This document shows, piece by piece, positions 60,367 to 64,000 of a stretch of 64,000 bases of DNA. The notes under the pieces are model-generated. The model was not told the DNA's origin and ran no database searches. It worked only from the letters and a program-made list of their open reading frames with translations. The first letter of the stretch is position 1, and the number at the start of each line of letters is the position of its first letter. Position numbers and translations under genes: made by a program. The stretch covers positions 9,502-73,501 of the forward strand of contig JADMJR010000069.1 of assembly GCA_018780365.1 (NCBI GenBank). Direction: 5' to 3'. The stretch is from Acidovorax sp. (lineage in GTDB: Bacteria > Pseudomonadota > Gammaproteobacteria > Burkholderiales > Burkholderiaceae_C).

Positions 60367-61296
60367 TCAGGCGCGATCCGCCACACGCTCACCCAGCAGG
60401 CCCGAGGGGCGCAGCGTCAGGATGATGATGAGCACGATGAACGCAAAGATGTCGGTGTAGTGGCTGCCCAAGAGGCCGCCCGTGAGCGTGCCGATGTAGC
60501 CCGAGCCAATCGCTTCGATCAGGCCCAGCAGGATGCCGCCGACCACCGCGCCGGCCAGGTTGCCGATGCCGCCGAACACGGCCGCCGTGAAGGCCTTGAG
60601 GCCCGGCAGGAAGCCCATGGTGTGCTGTGCGGTGCCGTAGTTGGACGCATACATGATGCCGGCGATGGCCGCCAGCACGGCGCCGATGATGAAGGTGGCC
60701 GAGATCACCATGTCGGGTTTGACACCCATCAGGGAAGCCACGCGGGGATTCTCTGCGGTGGCGCGCATGGCGCGGCCCAGGTTGGTGTGGTTGACCAGGT
60801 ACACGAGGGATGCCAGTGCGACGGCCGTCACGCCCAGGATCAGGATCTGCGTGGGGGTGATGAACGCGCCACCAATCTCGAACGGCGAGCTGGGCAGCAG
60901 TGTCGGATAGGGCTTGTAGTTGGGCTTCCAGATGATCATCGCCAGCGTCTGCAGCAGGATCGACATGCCGATGGCGGTGATCAGGGGAGCCAGGCGCGGA
61001 CTGGTGCGCAATGGCTTGTAGGCCACTTTTTCGATCACAAAATTGAGGGTTGCGGCGACCACGCAGGCAATGATGGTGGCCAGCAGCAGGATGACCCAGC
61101 CCGGCGCGCCAGGCATTGCGGCCTGCATCATTCCTATACAACTCCAACTGGTCAGAGCCCCGATCATGAGCACTTCGCCGTGGGCGAAATTGATCAGCTG
61201 AATAATGCCGTACACCATCGTGTAGCCCAAGGCTATCAAGGCGTACATGCTGCCGAGTACCAGACCGTTGATGATCTGTTGCAGCAAAATGTCCAT
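60367..61296 (-). CDS. livH: Branched-chain amino acid ABC transporter permease
   Basis: QQIINGL.LGSMYALIALGYTMVYGI, INFAHGE, LKAFTAAVFGGIG. Confidence 0.93.
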   Translation of the reverse strand: MDILLQQIINGLVLGSMYALIALGYTMVYGIIQLINFAHGEVLMIGALTSWSCIGMMQAAMPGAPGWVILLLATIIACVVAATLNFVIEKVAYKPLRTSPRLAPLITAIGMSILLQTLAMIIWKPNYKPYPTLLPSSPFEIGGAFITPTQILILGVTAVALASLVYLVNHTNLGRAMRATAENPRVASLMGVKPDMVISATFIIGAVLAAIAGIMYASNYGTAQHTMGFLPGLKAFTAAVFGGIGNLAGAVVGGILLGLIEAIGSGYIGTLTGGLLGSHYTDIFAFIVLIIILTLRPSGLLGERVADRA

Positions 61297-61600
61297 AAGA
61301 GAAGTCCTTCGTTTGTGACGCACCCACCGCTCAGGCACCGGAATCGGTACAGCCTTGTGGGCCCGACTGCCATCTAGCAAAAAACCCGCCAGGAATACAA
61401 CTGTGCGGGTTTGTGGACGGGATTGTAGCGAGTAGTCACAACCGCCCCTATTCAAGCTGGGCGGGGTTTTCCCTCGGGTTTTAGCCACATCAGCGTGCAA
61501 CGCAATTCATAAGGAAAAATGATGCACGCAGGATCATTGATGTGCAAACTTATTACCTCAATCATGCAAAATCAGCATAACGAGACAAAAACCTGCCCCC

Positions 61601-62947
61601 TCAGACCTCTTCGTCCAGGTCTGCAGAGGCATTGCGATCACGCAGGTTGCGCATCTTCTGTGCAATCTTGATTTCCAGGCCACGCTCCACTGGCTGGTAG
61701 AACCCGGGCTCGGGCATGCCTTCCGGCAGGTAGTTCTCTCCCGCGGCAAAGCCCCCTTCTTCATCGTGCGCGTAGCGGTAGCCCTTGCCGTAGTCCAGCT
61801 GCTTCATGAGCTGGGTGGGCGCATTGCGCAGGTGCATGGGCACGGGGCGTGTGCCATCTTGCTTGACCCAGGCGCGCGCCGCGTTGTAGGCCTTGTAGAC
61901 CGCGTTGGACTTGGGGGCCACCGCCAGGTACACCACACACTCGGCCAGCGCCAGCTCGCCCTCGGGGCTGCCCAGGCGCTCGTAGACCTCGGTAGCGTCG
62001 AGCGCCAGGCGCAGGGCGCGCGGGTCGGCCAGGCCAATGTCCTCGCTGGCCATGCGCACCAGGCGGCGGGCCATGTAGCGCGGGTCGGCGCCGCCGTCGA
62101 GCATGCGCACAAGCCAGTACAACGCGGCGTCAGGGTCGGAGCCCCGCACCGACTTGTGCAGCGCGCTGATGGTGTCGTAGAACTGCTCGCCCCCTTTGTC
62201 GTAGCGGCGCATGCGTTCGCCCAACACCTTGAGCAGCCAGGCGTCGGTGATCTCGGTGAGCTTTTCCTGCGTGGCCGCCATGGCCAGCGTCTCCAGCGTG
62301 TTGAGCAAGCGGCGCGCATCGCCATCGGCGTAAGCCACCAGGCGGTCGATTGCTACACTTTCAATAGCTGGAAAGTCTTGCTCATCGCGCGCCAGGCCCA
62401 CAATTTGCTTCAAATCCTGTTCGGACAGCGGCTGCAGCACGTACACCGCAGCGCGCGACAGCAGCGCGGAGTTCACCTCGAACGAAGGGTTCTCGGTGGT
62501 GGCGCCAATGAAGGTGAACAAGCCGCTTTCGACATGCGGCAAAAAGGCATCCTGCTGGCTCTTGTTGAAGCGGTGCACCTCATCGACGAAGACGATGGTG
62601 CGCTGCTGCATCAAACCATCACGCGCGGCTTCGGCGCGCTCCACGGCCTCACGGATGTCCTTAACCCCCCCCAGCACGGCGCTGATGCTGATGAACTGCG
62701 CGTCGAAGGCATCGGCCATGAGCCGTGCGATGGTGGTCTTGCCCACACCCGGCGGGCCCCAGAGGATGCAGCTGTGCGGGCGGCCCGATTCGAACGCGAG
62801 CCGCAGCGGCATGCCCGGGCCCAGCACATGCTGCTGCCCGATCACCTCGCCCAGCGTGCGGGGCCGCAGGCGCTCGGCCAGGGGCTGGTGGCCCGAGGGG
62901 TGGGCCGGGTGTGCTTGGGAGGAGGCGGAGGCACTGCGCGCTGCCAT
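61601..62947 (-). CDS. rarA: Replication-associated recombination protein A
   Basis: PLAERLRP, WGPPGVGKTT, DEVHRFNK.QQD, GATTENP, ISALHKSVRGSDPDA, ASEDIG.ADP, Y.YAHD. Confidence 0.96.
   Translation of the reverse strand: MAARSASASSQAHPAHPSGHQPLAERLRPRTLGEVIGQQHVLGPGMPLRLAFESGRPHSCILWGPPGVGKTTIARLMADAFDAQFISISAVLGGVKDIREAVERAEAARDGLMQQRTIVFVDEVHRFNKSQQDAFLPHVESGLFTFIGATTENPSFEVNSALLSRAAVYVLQPLSEQDLKQIVGLARDEQDFPAIESVAIDRLVAYADGDARRLLNTLETLAMAATQEKLTEITDAWLLKVLGERMRRYDKGGEQFYDTISALHKSVRGSDPDAALYWLVRMLDGGADPRYMARRLVRMASEDIGLADPRALRLALDATEVYERLGSPEGELALAECVVYLAVAPKSNAVYKAYNAARAWVKQDGTRPVPMHLRNAPTQLMKQLDYGKGYRYAHDEEGGFAAGENYLPEGMPEPGFYQPVERGLEIKIAQKMRNLRDRNASADLDEEV
62350..62414 (-). repeat. ~65-bp repeat copy inside the rarA CDS
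   Basis: Minus strand TTTGAAGCAAATTGTGGGCCTGGCGCGCGAT...CAGCTAT-N7-GTAGCAA. Confidence 0.7.
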
Positions 62948-62974
62948 GTTCGTGTCCTGTCTACGTCACGCTAT

Positions 62975-63039
62975 TTTTAAGCCAAATTGGGCCCTGGCGC
63001 CCTACCATCAAGCGCTGGCAGCTATTCTTTTCGCAGCAA
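62975..63039 (+). repeat. ~65-bp repeat copy between lolA and rarA
   Basis: TTTTAAGCCAAATTGGGCCCTGGCGCCC...AAGCGCTGGCAGCTAT-N7-GCAGCAA. Confidence 0.8.
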
Positions 63040-63040
63040 C

Positions 63041-63673
63041 CTACTGTTTGACCACATCCGCCCCGGCGGGCGGCTTGAACTGGAAGGTGCTGGCGGGCAG
63101 CGCCGCATTGGCCTGCATGCCGGTAAAACGAATCAGCGAGCGCTGGCCAAAACTGTCCAGAATGTCGAGCGCCGCCAGCTGGTCCCCCGCAAAACCCACA
63201 CGCACACTCTTGAGCTGGCCGTCCCTGGTCTTGGGGCTGGCCAGCACCCACTGCAGGCCATCGGCCTCGGGCGCGGCTTCGAGCGTGAACTCGGCCTTCA
63301 GCGCCGACAGGTCGGGGGCGGACGCCAGCAGCGCCGCAGGCGTGCTGCCCAGCGCCTGGGACTGCGAGCGCTGGGTGACCTGGTTCAGGTCCACGTCGTA
63401 GAGCCACAGGGTCTGGCCGTCGGCCACGATGGTCTGCTCGAACGGCTTCTTGTAGACAAACTTGAAGCGCCCCGGGCGCTGGAACTCAAAACTGCCGCTC
63501 GACGTTTTGGTGCGCGCGGTCTGCCCGTCCTTGGGCGGCGAGGTCACCGTCTGGCTGAAGTCCGCACGGCCGGTCTGCGTGCCCTTCATGAAGGACTCAA
63601 GGCTTTTTATGCCGTCAGCGCTTGCTGCGCTTGCGGCAGCAGCTATCAAAATTGCAGTGGCGATCTTTTTCAA
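63041..63673 (-). CDS. lolA: Outer-membrane lipoprotein carrier protein
   Basis: TTG start after AGGAG; signal peptide; F.QRPGRFKF, IVADG.TLW.YD.DL.QVT, TPAALL, D.FGQ, P.GADV. Confidence 0.95.
   Translation of the reverse strand: MKKIATAILIAAAASAASADGIKSLESFMKGTQTGRADFSQTVTSPPKDGQTARTKTSSGSFEFQRPGRFKFVYKKPFEQTIVADGQTLWLYDVDLNQVTQRSQSQALGSTPAALLASAPDLSALKAEFTLEAAPEADGLQWVLASPKTRDGQLKSVRVGFAGDQLAALDILDSFGQRSLIRFTGMQANAALPASTFQFKPPAGADVVKQ
63618..63659 (+). repeat. Partial repeat copy inside the lolA signal-peptide region
   Basis: GCGCTTGCTGCGCTTGCGGCAGCAGCTATCAAAATTGCAGTG aligns ungapped to 19958-19999. Confidence 0.6.
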
Positions 63674-63723
63674 CAAAAACTCCTGTGGGGCACGGGCCGG
63701 GCTTGGCGCCCTGCCTGGGTCAT

Positions 63724-64000
63724 TCACTCACTACGCGCTGGCACCAAAACTTCGCGCTGGCCGCTGGTGGTGAGGCCACTGACGAGTCCGGCCTTTTCCA
63801 TGTCTTCCAGCAAACGCGCCGAGCGGTTGTAGCCAATGCGCAGCTTGCGCTGCACGTACGAGATGCTCGCCTTGCGGTCCTTGAGCACCACCTCGACGGC
63901 CTGGTCGTACATGGGGTCCTTCTCGCCCCCGTCGCCGCCGCCCTCCCCTGACAGATCGCCCTCGCCATCCACAGTTCCGCCTTCGAGCACACCTTCGATG
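63724..64000 (-). CDS. ftsK: DNA translocase FtsK, C-terminal gamma domain (partial)
   Basis: [35 protein letters not shown]; ftsK-lolA-rarA synteny. Confidence 0.96.
   Translation of the reverse strand, partial: IEGVLEGGTVDGEGDLSGEGGGDGGEKDPMYDQAVEVVLKDRKASISYVQRKLRIGYNRSARLLEDMEKAGLVSGLTTSGQREVLVPARSE

Overview
High-GC betaproteobacterial chromosome segment. Gene content and order (rpsP-rimM-trmD-rplS, livHMGF, rarA-lolA-ftsK, orn/M48/rsgA) and an AT-rich intergenic repeat suggest Comamonadaceae, probably Acidovorax-like; this is inference. Most of the window is housekeeping (polA, thrB, uvrD, guaC, a DEAD helicase, tRNA-Lys). Accessory loci are a complete bcsB-Z-C-E-F-Q-A-G phosphoethanolamine-cellulose operon after tRNA-Lys, a Tat-lipoprotein phoX divergent from an imelysin/di-haem/imelysin/DUF1513 iron operon, and two PAS-GGDEF cyclases. 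The strongest signals outside the ORF track are: (1) a ~65-bp repeat family with at least 8 copies, three of them read in-frame inside uvrD, rarA and lolA; (2) an orphan integron-type cassette (AAA ATPase plus attC-like site) with no integrase in the window; (3) Pho boxes and a Fur box sharing the phoX/imelysin intergenic region, plus Pho boxes in a repressor-like position at DUF47-pit; (4) a structured ~155-nt leader upstream of guaC; (5) six genes with leaderless-type promoter geometry. All product names come from motif recognition; no database search was run.
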